From a virus, in IMG/VR virus record IMGVR_UViG_3300045988_174992: a DNA stretch of 64,000 bases; one strand, written 5' to 3'. This document shows positions 44,620-53,395 of this stretch, piece by piece. The position numbers were made by a program, and so were the translations under genes. Under the pieces are notes generated by a model. It saw nothing but the letters and a program-made list of their open reading frames with translations, was not told the origin of the DNA and did not search any database. Every line of letters starts with the position of its first letter. The first letter of the stretch is position 1.

Positions 44620-45035
44620 ATGATAAGTTTAACAGAATCATTAAATGTATCTTTGAATGAATCAAAGAATTATTCAGTAAAAAGCGTTAAAGCAGAAGAT
44701 GTTGTTACATTCTTAAGATAAAATCCAGAATATTATTTCTATACTAGAGGATTTGGTTCAAACGCGGCACATTATGGTGCAAAAGTAAATTGTTAGATTG
44801 TGAAATCCAATACCAACCTAAAACAAAGAATTGGTATGTATATTCATATTCAAATCAATATACTGGAGGATTTGAAATGGATGATGATAAATCAATTGAC
44901 TCAATTGATAGTTTAGTTTCAGCAATAGATTCTGCAGATAATACGGATATTAAAATAGGTGGAGGTAAATTTGGTATATATGGTGTTAATGGAAATACAC
45001 CTAATGCAAAAATACAATTAAGAAAGAAAAAATAA
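44620..45035 (+). pseudogene. disrupted gene (in-frame TAA, then TAG/-1 frame change); CTS-like N-terminus MISLTESLN
   Basis: Piece 1 is MISLTESLNVSLNESKNYSVKSVKAEDVVTFLR, then TAA (44719-44721). The same frame continues NPEYYFYTRGFGSNAAHYGAKVNC, then TAG. The -1 frame continues KLLDCEIQYQPKTKNWYVYSY... to 45035 with no ATG near its start. Confidence 0.35.
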
Positions 45036-45057
45036 AATTAATTTATTATAAATAAAA

Positions 45058-45094
45058 AGAGCGAAATTCCACAGAATTTCGCTCTTTTGTTTTA
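45058..45094. terminator. bidirectional intrinsic terminator
   Basis: AGAGCGAAATTC-CACA-GAATTTCGCTCT (12-bp stem) flanked by an A-run and a T-run. Lies between convergent genes. Confidence 0.8.
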
Positions 45095-45101
45095 TTCCAA
45101 G

Positions 45102-46202
45102 TTAGAATGGAAGATCATCAGAACCAGCCGTTGGTGTTGATTCTGTTGTATCTGAAGGAGCAGTGGCAGTAGTTGTTGATGCTGTTGTTGTAGTTGATGG
45201 CAATGGATTTGTTGGGTCATTACCAGCAAGAACTACACTAATCCATGCATTGACACGGGCTGTTACTTCAGGTGACCACTCATGGTAACCAAGCTCTTCA
45301 ATTAGATTAGGACAGAAGCTCTTAATCTTCTCGATTACACCATGATACAACTCACGAAGTTTCTTTGTGTTTTCTTCTGCATTGATTTCTGCAAGAGCTG
45401 TAGCACGAAGATCTGGATCCTTCTGCTTCCAAACTTTCTTTGTCATTTCCTCAACATACTGATCAAGAATAGCTTGCTGATCATCATCAAGTAATGGACT
45501 TCCATCAGGATTAGTACAACTAACTACATCATCAGTAAGTTCAGAAGTATTGTAACTAATCTCGCGAGTCTTACGTTCAGGTGCTTTAGGATCATCTGGA
45601 CCTGGTGTTACCTCAAGGTCAATAGCACGACCAAACAAGAAATCCATTACAGGAATACTTGCTTTCTTAGACTCAGGACTTGGAGCCATCTTAGCATTGA
45701 TTGTCTCCCAAATAGCCTTAGGAAGCTTCCAGAACATGTACTTTCCTACAAGATCTGGCTGATTGTTGTCTTCAATAACCTGAATGAGAGCATAACGAGC
45801 ATAACGCTTGTCGAACAAACCACGACCACCTTTATCCTTAGTCAAAGCCTGCTTCTGCATATTCTCATCCTTTGAGAAATGACACTGTTTCCATGCCTTA
45901 AATACTGGGCAATTCTTGTCATTATTTGTCAATGAACTTACGACAGAGAAGAAGCCATTACTATCTTGCAAAGCATAAGACTGCTGTTCAAGAATACTGT
46001 TTCGAAGATCCCATGGATTATAGATAACCTTGATCTGAGAACGATAAACTCCATCTTCTGCCTTAGAAAGAGCTGGCTTTGGGTGATAAATGTTAGGATT
46101 TCCACCTGAAGTCTGCTGTGGTTGCTCTTGATAAACTGTGAGTTGACTTGGATCGAAACCAAGAATGTCATTTTCAATTGAGTTCAAATTTTCGTTTGTC
46201 AT
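45102..46202 (-). CDS. gp32-like single-stranded DNA-binding protein
   Basis: GKYMFWKLPKAIWETINAKMA parallels T4 gp32 [21 protein letters not shown]. A Cys/His cluster NCPVFKAWKQCH is present. The Ser/Thr-rich acidic C-terminal tail ends DDLPF. Confidence 0.7.
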   Translation of the reverse strand: MTNENLNSIENDILGFDPSQLTVYQEQPQQTSGGNPNIYHPKPALSKAEDGVYRSQIKVIYNPWDLRNSILEQQSYALQDSNGFFSVVSSLTNNDKNCPVFKAWKQCHFSKDENMQKQALTKDKGGRGLFDKRYARYALIQVIEDNNQPDLVGKYMFWKLPKAIWETINAKMAPSPESKKASIPVMDFLFGRAIDLEVTPGPDDPKAPERKTREISYNTSELTDDVVSCTNPDGSPLLDDDQQAILDQYVEEMTKKVWKQKDPDLRATALAEINAEENTKKLRELYHGVIEKIKSFCPNLIEELGYHEWSPEVTARVNAWISVVLAGNDPTNPLPSTTTTASTTTATAPSDTTESTPTAGSDDLPF

Positions 46203-46281
46203 AATTTTACTTTTAAATATTTTGATTAAATTTACTTGTTAAAATGTGTGTTGCAACACATTTGTTTTATTTTATATCTTA

Positions 46282-46320
46282 CATTTATAATATAGTCAAC
46301 CAATATTATGATTTTCAAAA
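46282..46320 (-). promoter_or_regulatory. host-type promoter of the gp32-like gene (-33 box lies inside the upstream ORF end)
   Basis: Minus strand reads TTTTGAAAATCATAATATTGGTTGACTATATTATAAATG (TTTG-N21-TATATTAT). It leaves a leader of about 80 nt. Confidence 0.5.
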
Positions 46321-47384
46321 TAATCAATAAAAAATTCTTTTAATTCTTTTAGAGACCAAAATTCTTTATAATTTAGATTTTCTTCTTTTGCTTTATTTCT
46401 TTTTTCAACATCCCTTTTAGTCCAAGTTTTTATTGCATTATCATAGTACTTTGTTCTTTTTGTTTTCCATTGTTCTAACTTAACTTGATCTTTTATTGAG
46501 CTTGGGTCAAATGGGTGTTTTCCATGGGTCCAGTGGAAGTTGCATTCTATAAACATATCTAAGTCTTCAATATAAAAATCACAATTAAATGGATATCTTG
46601 AACCTCCATTAAATTGTCTAGTTACATCTATATATTGACTTAAAAATTCATATACTTTATCTTCTTCTTTTGATGTATTGAAAGTGTTGTTTTTCCTTTT
46701 TGTATTAATGATTTTATTTTTAATCTCTCCAATATTATTTAGGAAAGATTTCCTAAATTTTGATGTTTTTGAATAATTATCTATTCCATATTTTTTCAAA
46801 CAAGACTCTTTAGATTTTTCTCTAAATTCTTTTGTTTTCATGTATTCATCAACACCATATTTTTTCAAACAAGACTCTTTAGATTTTTCTCTAAATTCTT
46901 TTGTTTTCATGTATTCATCAACACCATATTTTTTCAAACAAGTTTGTTTATATTTTTCTCTATTATTAAAAAATTTTACTCCATATTTTTCTAAACATGT
47001 TTCTTTAATTCTTTTTTGTGATTCTGGATTCTTAGAATTATGGGTATATCCGGTTTTATTGAAATATGTATTTTGTTTCTTTTTTATTATATCTTTATCA
47101 TGTTGAACACATTCTTTACTACAATAGTCATTATAAAACTTATATTTTCTAAACTTTACTGCAACGGGTTTACCACATACTTTACATTTTGGATGTACAC
47201 TAATATTCCAACAAATTCTTAATATAGACTCTTCAAATGATAAAGAATCATCATATCTATCTACAATATATTTATATATTTCTGATTCTTTATCATTTGA
47301 GTATTTTCTTTTCATCTTAGAAGAAACAAATCCATTTTTTGTAAGAAAAATTTTCTTTATCTTTTCATCATTGATTTCTTCCAT
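46296..47384 (-). CDS. free-standing homing-endonuclease-like protein (Zn finger, KYG repeats, PD-(D/E)xK-like C-terminus)
   Basis: CKVCGKPV...CSKEC finger. Repeated ..CLKKYGV(D/K).. modules. C-terminal NCDFYIEDLDMFIECNFHWTHG resembles the cDFy....IE.dG..H nuclease core. Inserted next to the gp32-like gene, as seg/mob genes are in T4. Confidence 0.4.
   Translation of the reverse strand: MEEINDEKIKKIFLTKNGFVSSKMKRKYSNDKESEIYKYIVDRYDDSLSFEESILRICWNISVHPKCKVCGKPVAVKFRKYKFYNDYCSKECVQHDKDIIKKKQNTYFNKTGYTHNSKNPESQKRIKETCLEKYGVKFFNNREKYKQTCLKKYGVDEYMKTKEFREKSKESCLKKYGVDEYMKTKEFREKSKESCLKKYGIDNYSKTSKFRKSFLNNIGEIKNKIINTKRKNNTFNTSKEEDKVYEFLSQYIDVTRQFNGGSRYPFNCDFYIEDLDMFIECNFHWTHGKHPFDPSSIKDQVKLEQWKTKRTKYYDNAIKTWTKRDVEKRNKAKEENLNYKEFWSLKELKEFFIDYFENHNIG
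46786..46942. repeat. perfect 69-bp tandem duplication (2 copies plus a 19-nt partial third) inside the endonuclease-like gene
   Basis: 46786-46854 is identical to 46855-46923, and the first 19 nt repeat again at 46924. The unit encodes the duplicated peptide KTKEFREKSKESCLKKYGVDEYM. Confidence 0.9.
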
Positions 47385-47398
47385 TATTTATCTTTTAC

Positions 47399-47728
47399 TT
47401 ATTTAATTCCTAAAGTATTTGGTACTTTACCATTCGTCAATGGACTAGGACTTTCAATTTTAGCAGTTTGTGTTGTAGGAGAACCAACCGTTATGATTTG
47501 CCCATAAACATCTGCATTTTTGATATAATAATCTATTGCATTTGCCATTCTAACACCAAGAGGTTCTGCAATCATTTTAGTAATAGATTCGCCAAATTCT
47601 TTAGCAGCTTTATTTCCTGATTTAGAAGTACATGGCAATACATGTTTAAAACCTTCTTCTAATGCAGATGGCAAGACCTCTTCAAGAGATCTTGTCAACG
47701 CCTTTTCTAATTCAGATACTACTAACAT
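47399..47728 (-). CDS. hypothetical protein (109 aa)
   Basis: ORF in a co-directional array. Confidence 0.55.
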   Translation of the reverse strand: MLVVSELEKALTRSLEEVLPSALEEGFKHVLPCTSKSGNKAAKEFGESITKMIAEPLGVRMANAIDYYIKNADVYGQIITVGSPTTQTAKIESPSPLTNGKVPNTLGIK

Positions 47729-47731
47729 AAA

Positions 47732-48148
47732 TTACTTATGATTGTAAATGAATTCCGCAAACTTCTTGTATGATACCTTTGCCATAGGTACCAGCCTTTT
47801 CATGAATGAATTATCTGGAATATTGAGTGATTCCATATACTCATCAACCAACTTATCAATCTGTGAATCTACAGTATTACCAGTAGGTACATTCTTAGGT
47901 TCTGGTTCTGGTGCTGGTGCTTCATGGGTCATATCCCACTTAGCTTGAAGTTCTGCCTTGAAGTTGTCAATGTATTCATCACCAATCAGCAATGTTACAA
48001 AGTCATTATCCTTCAATCTATCAAGAAAATCCATTGTCTCATCAAGCTCTTCCTTTGTAACTTCACTAATATCAACATCATTCAACTTAGCAACATTATC
48101 AGACTCAGTCAACTTTACAACGTCTTCAAAAATATCAAAAATTCCCAT
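47732..48148 (-). CDS. acidic hypothetical protein (138 aa)
   Basis: ORF in a co-directional array. Confidence 0.55.
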   Translation of the reverse strand: MGIFDIFEDVVKLTESDNVAKLNDVDISEVTKEELDETMDFLDRLKDNDFVTLLIGDEYIDNFKAELQAKWDMTHEAPAPEPEPKNVPTGNTVDSQIDKLVDEYMESLNIPDNSFMKRLVPMAKVSYKKFAEFIYNHK

Positions 48149-48190
48149 GATTATTTATATTTTATTTATTTATTAATTTTATTTTATCTA

Positions 48191-48562
48191 TTAAAAATCA
48201 GGATCAAGATGTGGATTAGCATGACCAAATGTCACTATACAACATGATTCTCTAGTTGGTATGCCAACCTCTCTCCAAGTACCATTCTTCCTTAATGAAT
48301 ATAATTCTCCATCACGCATGAATTTATTGAATGCTTCATCTGTCAAGTATTCTACTCCATCCTTTTCATATATATACTGATCTTTATTATCTTCAGTAAT
48401 GTCATAAATATTCACAAGACGTACCTTCTTATTACTTATGACAGCTTTGCAACATACAACATATCGATCAGATCCTACATGTAAAGTACCTACCATTCCA
48501 CGTACAGGCAATATTACAGCCTTTTCAGATCCATCCGCTTGCTTAATCTTTATTGTTTCCAT
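48191..48562 (-). CDS. hypothetical protein (123 aa)
   Basis: ORF downstream of promoter 48583-48620. Confidence 0.55.
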   Translation of the reverse strand: METIKIKQADGSEKAVILPVRGMVGTLHVGSDRYVVCCKAVISNKKVRLVNIYDITEDNKDQYIYEKDGVEYLTDEAFNKFMRDGELYSLRKNGTWREVGIPTRESCCIVTFGHANPHLDPDF

Positions 48563-48582
48563 TATTTATATTTTAATCATTA

Positions 48583-48620
48583 CAATTATAATATAGAACA
48601 ATCTTTAAATATTTCAAAAA
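48583..48620 (-). promoter_or_regulatory. host-type promoter; upstream stop codon embedded in the -33 box
   Basis: Minus strand reads TTTTTGAAATATTTAAAGATTGTTCTATATTATAATTG. The TGA of gene 48614..49042 is the TGA inside TTTTGAAAT. Confidence 0.55.
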
Positions 48621-49042
48621 ATTGAACCTAATAAATTACTAGCCTTCTTTAAATTATATTCATGCACCCAATATTCATTTCTCATATCCATATATACATA
48701 ATATTCTGGATATCCACACTTGTTGAATATTGTAAAAATAATCTTATCTTTACTAAAATCTGGATTCAATTCTGTACTATATCCTTTACCTGGAATTGGG
48801 CATTTCTGTACTCTTACAGTTATATTGATAGGATTATATTGCTTATAAGGCTCTTCCTTGACAATTGCATGAAGTTTGTCATTGTCATCAACATACATTG
48901 ATATGATCTGTGCACCCTTTAATGGTGTTATGACTAAAGTATTTCTACCAGATACAGGATACCATTCAAATTCATAATCGTCAAGATAGAAACCTTCATT
49001 ATGATTCTTTACTGCTTCTTTAATATCATCTATAGTAGCCAT
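48614..49042 (-). CDS. hypothetical protein (142 aa)
   Basis: ORF that abuts the next gene with no spacer. Confidence 0.6.
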   Translation of the reverse strand: MATIDDIKEAVKNHNEGFYLDDYEFEWYPVSGRNTLVITPLKGAQIISMYVDDNDKLHAIVKEEPYKQYNPINITVRVQKCPIPGKGYSTELNPDFSKDKIIFTIFNKCGYPEYYVYMDMRNEYWVHEYNLKKASNLLGSIF

Positions 49043-49411
49043 TTACTTATAAGAAATATAGTTTGTTGGTTTTGGTTGATTCTTACTATCTCCTGTAATC
49101 ATACCAGACATTGTATGCTTGTTCAATAAGTCAAGTGTTGCATCTGCTATAGCACCTGCATTGTCACCTTTCAATCTTGAAACAGTAATAGTAAAGCACT
49201 TCTTACCCATATTCCATGGGATCATATATGAAATATCAAATCCTCCATCTGCATTCTCCAAACAGATATAATGATGTCCATTTGATAAGATATCCAAATT
49301 CTTCACTGATGTATGGAAACAAGAATCTGTCAATACAAGATTATTGTCAGCTTTAATGATGTAATATGCAAGACAAATTTTTGTCCAAAAATTCTTTAGC
49401 TTATTTAACAT
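49043..49411 (-). CDS. hypothetical protein (122 aa)
   Basis: ORF in a co-directional array. Confidence 0.6.
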   Translation of the reverse strand: MLNKLKNFWTKICLAYYIIKADNNLVLTDSCFHTSVKNLDILSNGHHYICLENADGGFDISYMIPWNMGKKCFTITVSRLKGDNAGAIADATLDLLNKHTMSGMITGDSKNQPKPTNYISYK

Positions 49412-49422
49412 ATTTTAATATT

Positions 49423-50184
49423 TTAACTGTATTTCAAACTTGGCATTTCTACAATGTTGCCTTTCTTCTCCAACTCCTTCTGTTTTCCATAAATCTGTTC
49501 CTTAGTGAGATCTGCCTCAATAATAGTATTTGGATCAATAATAGTAAGTACATAAGGATTCTTAGAGTACTCTGCAACTGGTACCTTAACTTTCTTGAAT
49601 GACAAAGACTTATATGATTCTCTTACATAGGTTTCAAAGTATTCAACAATGTTGAATTCCATTTTACCTTCCTGTAATACAATACAAAACTTATGGTTCT
49701 TAACATCAAGAAGATCTGACAAATTCTCCCATTCAAGCATATCTAAGAAATCAGAAGTTTCATAATGCTTAGGTCCATCAATCTGAGTAGCTTCATATAC
49801 TGAATTACCAGAAAAATCTTTTCCTTTATATCTGATTTCATCCCAAATAGTAAGGTCTTCTGGTGTTTCAATATTGTTATCCATCATCCATTCAATCAAT
49901 CGTGACAATGGTCGATAATCATCAGAATTTGTTGGGATATCATAATTCATTACAAAGTTGAATGGATAGCATCCTAATTTCATTGCGATCTCTCTTCGAA
50001 TATCAGAAGATAAGAATTCACAATCTCTTTGTGACAATCTTCCATAAACATTCTTTCCCATATCACAACAAATAGAATGTGCAGCAATTGTATGCCTTCC
50101 GATAGCATATCTCATTGCCATCCATGTCAAATCATGTTCATATTCAGACATATATTTTGGTGACTTGTTACATCTTCGTACCAT
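49423..50184 (-). CDS. hypothetical protein (253 aa)
   Basis: ORF in a co-directional array. Confidence 0.65.
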   Translation of the reverse strand: MVRRCNKSPKYMSEYEHDLTWMAMRYAIGRHTIAAHSICCDMGKNVYGRLSQRDCEFLSSDIRREIAMKLGCYPFNFVMNYDIPTNSDDYRPLSRLIEWMMDNNIETPEDLTIWDEIRYKGKDFSGNSVYEATQIDGPKHYETSDFLDMLEWENLSDLLDVKNHKFCIVLQEGKMEFNIVEYFETYVRESYKSLSFKKVKVPVAEYSKNPYVLTIIDPNTIIEADLTKEQIYGKQKELEKKGNIVEMPSLKYS

Positions 50185-50186
50185 AA

Positions 50187-50510
50187 TTACTTTCTTTTTA
50201 GACGATTAACCATATTCTTTACTTGATTTAACTGTTCCTTCTGTGCAGCTCTATTAAGAGAATCAGACTTAGTTTGCTGACGGTTGAATTCTGACAACAT
50301 ACCATTCTTATCTGCTAAATTTGCAATAGTAACATTCAATGACTTGATAGAATCTGTCATTACTTTGTTCAAACTATCTTTATATACAATTTCTTGATTA
50401 GCTTTGTTTAATTTTGATCCTCTATTGCAACTTACCGTACATTTGTTCATTCCAAACAATATCAATAGTACAATCAAAATTTCTTTCCAATTTTTCTTTA
50501 ACTTGTTCAT
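50187..50510 (-). CDS. signal-anchored or lipoprotein-like coiled-coil protein (107 aa)
   Basis: N-terminus ILIVLLILFGMNKCTVSC shares the NKCT motif with 42237..42740. The C-terminal half is coiled-coil-like. Confidence 0.5.
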   Translation of the reverse strand: MNKLKKNWKEILIVLLILFGMNKCTVSCNRGSKLNKANQEIVYKDSLNKVMTDSIKSLNVTIANLADKNGMLSEFNRQQTKSDSLNRAAQKEQLNQVKNMVNRLKRK

Positions 50511-50776
50511 TTTAATATATTGACTTCATTTAAATTTACTGTAAGATCAGCATCAGGCAAACGTTCTTCATTGATGAATCCACATCTTGTATAGACTTTG
50601 TCATAGATATCATCATCTTCACAATCAGTAGAAATATCAATCACATATTGTTTATTCAAATCATCTAATTGAACTTCTTTTGATGTTACATCAAGTACAT
50701 TCAATTGATATTTGGAACATATACCTAATACTTCTTCCTTACACTTTTCTATATCTCTTATCTTTGCTGATGCCAT
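50507..50776 (-). CDS. hypothetical protein (89 aa)
   Basis: ORF with an ATGA-type 4-nt overlap with the next gene. Confidence 0.55.
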   Translation of the reverse strand: MASAKIRDIEKCKEEVLGICSKYQLNVLDVTSKEVQLDDLNKQYVIDISTDCEDDDIYDKVYTRCGFINEERLPDADLTVNLNEVNILK

Positions 50777-50803
50777 TTCTATTTTCTATTTAAGAATAAA
50801 ACA

Positions 50804-51124
50804 TTAGTCTTTTACATCATAGTTGTCAAAGTAGATAAATACTACTTCATGGTTTCTTCTGCACTTTTTATTTGCATAGAACATTCCTTCCAACTGAGCA
50901 ATAAACTTCTTTGCTTTCTTATTTGAAAGTGTCTGAGGATTTGTAACAGTTACCAAAACTGAATAAGTGTTGTCAGTTTCATCTGTTGCATTATCACAAA
51001 CTTCATATTCATAAGAAGGTACAAATCCAACTTCTACTTCTGTCAACTTGATACCCATCTTATTAGCGAAGTGACGTACTGTATTCTCGATTTTATTTGC
51101 TGAAGTGTTCATGTTTCTTTCCAT
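50804..51124 (-). CDS. hypothetical protein (106 aa)
   Basis: ORF downstream of promoter 51151-51186. Confidence 0.55.
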   Translation of the reverse strand: MERNMNTSANKIENTVRHFANKMGIKLTEVEVGFVPSYEYEVCDNATDETDNTYSVLVTVTNPQTLSNKKAKKFIAQLEGMFYANKKCRRNHEVVFIYFDNYDVKD

Positions 51125-51150
51125 TTTGATTATTATAATTATTATTTTTA

Positions 51151-51186
51151 CATAATAAATATAGAATTTCTTTCTTAAATTTCAAT
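51151..51186 (-). promoter_or_regulatory. host-type promoter in a divergent intergenic region
   Basis: Minus strand reads ATTGAAATTTAAGAAAGAAATTCTATATTTATTATG. Confidence 0.5.
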
Positions 51187-51191
51187 AAAAT

Positions 51192-51662
51192 ATGATAATT
51201 TTTTCACAATATATATCAGAATCTTTGGAAATTGACTTGGGTTTCATCTTTGAAGCTAACAAGAAAATTTGGCCATTAAGGGATAAGAAGACAGGTACAT
51301 TCAAATATTCCCCAATAAGCATAATGACTGGAGATCATGTTGAAGATAGAAAATCAGAAAGAAAAGTTGATGATTCTGAAATCATAGATGCTATAATGGG
51401 TGCCAAATCAGATATATTAGGTATGTTGAAAGATGGTAAATTGAAAGTATCCCATTATGGTGAAAAGAAACCTATGACTTTTGTAATAATGGATGCAAGA
51501 AAAAACAAAAACTTGCCATTGACTGTTGTAGGGTTTGTTTCTTGGGCTGATCCTAAATTCAAGAAATGTAATGTAATAATCAAGACTGTAGGTAAGTATT
51601 CTAATTTTTCAAGTATCATGAGAAAAGATTCTGATAAAGAAAAACATATTCAATTGTATTAA
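51192..51662 (+). CDS. hypothetical protein (156 aa) with CTS-like N-terminus MIIFSQYISE
   Basis: Isolated plus-strand ORF. The N-terminal ..QYISE-S fits the I-x-E motif seen in 9806 and 10326. Followed by a terminator. Confidence 0.6.
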   Translation: MIIFSQYISESLEIDLGFIFEANKKIWPLRDKKTGTFKYSPISIMTGDHVEDRKSERKVDDSEIIDAIMGAKSDILGMLKDGKLKVSHYGEKKPMTFVIMDARKNKNLPLTVVGFVSWADPKFKKCNVIIKTVGKYSNFSSIMRKDSDKEKHIQLY

Positions 51663-51685
51663 TTTATTTAATCTTATATACGAAC

Positions 51686-51716
51686 AAAGCCAGGTCTATA
51701 GACCTGGCTTTTTGTT
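51686..51716. terminator. bidirectional intrinsic terminator
   Basis: AAAGCCAGGTC-TATA-GACCTGGCTTT (11-bp stem) followed by TTTGTTT. Confidence 0.8.
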
Positions 51717-51744
51717 TAGCAATCATCAGAGGATTTATTTAATG

Positions 51745-52875
51745 TTACTTCTCTGTTGTAACAATTCGATTCAAATCAAGGTTATCAGGAGAGAACTTAT
51801 TTACAGGACCAGCACCAATAGTCTTAATTTTTGATGCATCAACACCTGCCTTGATAAGTGCATTCTTAACTGCTACTGCTCGCTTAAGTGAAAGCTCTTT
51901 ATTATATCTAGTAGAACCTTCAGTAGAAGCATATCCAGTTACCTTAATAGTACCATCAACATCTTTCAATGCATCAGCGATATCATAGATATTTGCCATA
52001 GATGTTGATTCAATCTTAGCAGTACCCTTCTTAAACTGAACCTTTGGATAAACCATCTTAGTAACTTCATTAGTCTCAATCAAAGTATTTGTCTTTGTAA
52101 GAGAATCATGCATTACCTCAATAGTTGCATTAGCATCATTAAGACTCTTCTGAAGTGTATTGATCTTTCCATTCAACATATCAACCTCTGCCTGATCATA
52201 AAGCTTAGCCTTGTTGAAAAATCGAGTGCCGTTACTTGTCTTGAAGTGATATACAATACCAGCAGTAACTTGTCCAATAGCACGTTCTGTATTGAATGAA
52301 CCTGTACCACTCAAATCATATACAACTGCTGGTCGCAAAGCAATAGTCCATGCATCTGTTACATTATAATTCAGATTAAGACCAGCCTTAACAAGCAAAG
52401 CATTGTACTCATTATGTAAAAGGAAACCGTAACCAGGACCTGCATTAGCTTCTACTTCAAACTTACGTGGCTTACCATTATACTTCCAAATAGCATTAGT
52501 AAGATTTACACGACCTGTCAAATAAGTTGAAATTCCATCAAATGTATTTGCACAATGAAAATGCGTTACCGGTTTTGACCAATTACTAAGTCCATTGATA
52601 TTTGTATTACCCTCAAGTGTTACACCAAATACTGGAGTAATCTCCTTATTGATAACAATACCGGCTACAGCACCCTGTGGCCAATTCCACTGATTGAGAT
52701 TAGTCTCAACACCACCAACTACACCAGCAGAAACATTGTCTGTGAACTTAGAACTACCGGAATAGTTAGACTGTGTCTGAGCATTAACACTAAATACTGC
52801 TGTCAAAGCCAGCAACATTGTCAAAATAAACTTCTTCATTTTTCTTTTAATTTTACTTTTTAAATTATTAAACAT
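51745..52875 (-). CDS. OmpA-family outer-membrane protein (beta-barrel plus OmpA C-terminal domain); likely true start at 52839
   Basis: Signal peptide MKKFILTMLLALTAVFSVNAQ. Gly/aromatic-rich beta-strand region. The C-terminal FKKGTAKIES...VTGYASTEGSTRYNKELSLKRAVAVKNALIKAGV matches the OmpA-like peptidoglycan-binding domain. Confidence 0.85.
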   Translation of the reverse strand: MFNNLKSKIKRKMKKFILTMLLALTAVFSVNAQTQSNYSGSSKFTDNVSAGVVGGVETNLNQWNWPQGAVAGIVINKEITPVFGVTLEGNTNINGLSNWSKPVTHFHCANTFDGISTYLTGRVNLTNAIWKYNGKPRKFEVEANAGPGYGFLLHNEYNALLVKAGLNLNYNVTDAWTIALRPAVVYDLSGTGSFNTERAIGQVTAGIVYHFKTSNGTRFFNKAKLYDQAEVDMLNGKINTLQKSLNDANATIEVMHDSLTKTNTLIETNEVTKMVYPKVQFKKGTAKIESTSMANIYDIADALKDVDGTIKVTGYASTEGSTRYNKELSLKRAVAVKNALIKAGVDASKIKTIGAGPVNKFSPDNLDLNRIVTTEK

Positions 52876-52903
52876 TTATACTTAAATAAAATGGATATGA
52901 GAA

Positions 52904-53242
52904 TCAATTGATTCTCATCCATTCTAAGAGCTTCTCTCTAAAATCCTTGCTTAGATACGGTACATGAAACTTCTGTGATGGGTATTTCCACCAAAGCATG
53001 ATTCCATCTTCATAATTCTCTGAAGGTGCAATAATAAGATTGGACTTATTGATAGACATCACAGAATCTATGAAATCAATATACTTCTGTTCATTATCAT
53101 AGAAGTACCAATACTTTTCATCGTTATCCATTGATGTCCACCAATCATGAGCGACATCTTTTGGATTTGGATTTCCTTCCATATTGTTTGAATAGAAAGA
53201 AAGAAATTTACCAAAGTTGAAAGTTTTTGCACCTAAAGCCAT
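52904..53242 (-). CDS. hypothetical protein (112 aa from ATG 53242)
   Basis: The track start is a TTG (53266). The first ATG after the promoter -7 box is at 53242 (MALGAKTF...). Confidence 0.55.
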   Translation of the reverse strand: MALGAKTFNFGKFLSFYSNNMEGNPNPKDVAHDWWTSMDNDEKYWYFYDNEQKYIDFIDSVMSINKSNLIIAPSENYEDGIMLWWKYPSQKFHVPYLSKDFREKLLEWMRIN

Positions 53243-53276
53243 AATCAAAATAATTAAATTAAACAATTAAAATTAA

Positions 53277-53313
53277 CATTTATAATATAGAACTAATCAA
53301 GAATATTTCAAAT
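53277..53313 (-). promoter_or_regulatory. host-type promoter
   Basis: Minus strand reads ATTTGAAATATTCTTGATTAGTTCTATATTATAAATG. Confidence 0.55.
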
Positions 53314-53395
53314 ATTTTTTCACTTATTTTTGAAAATTAATTTCTTCACATCTTATTTGACTATATGTACTAACAATTTGGCAAATACAAATTGA

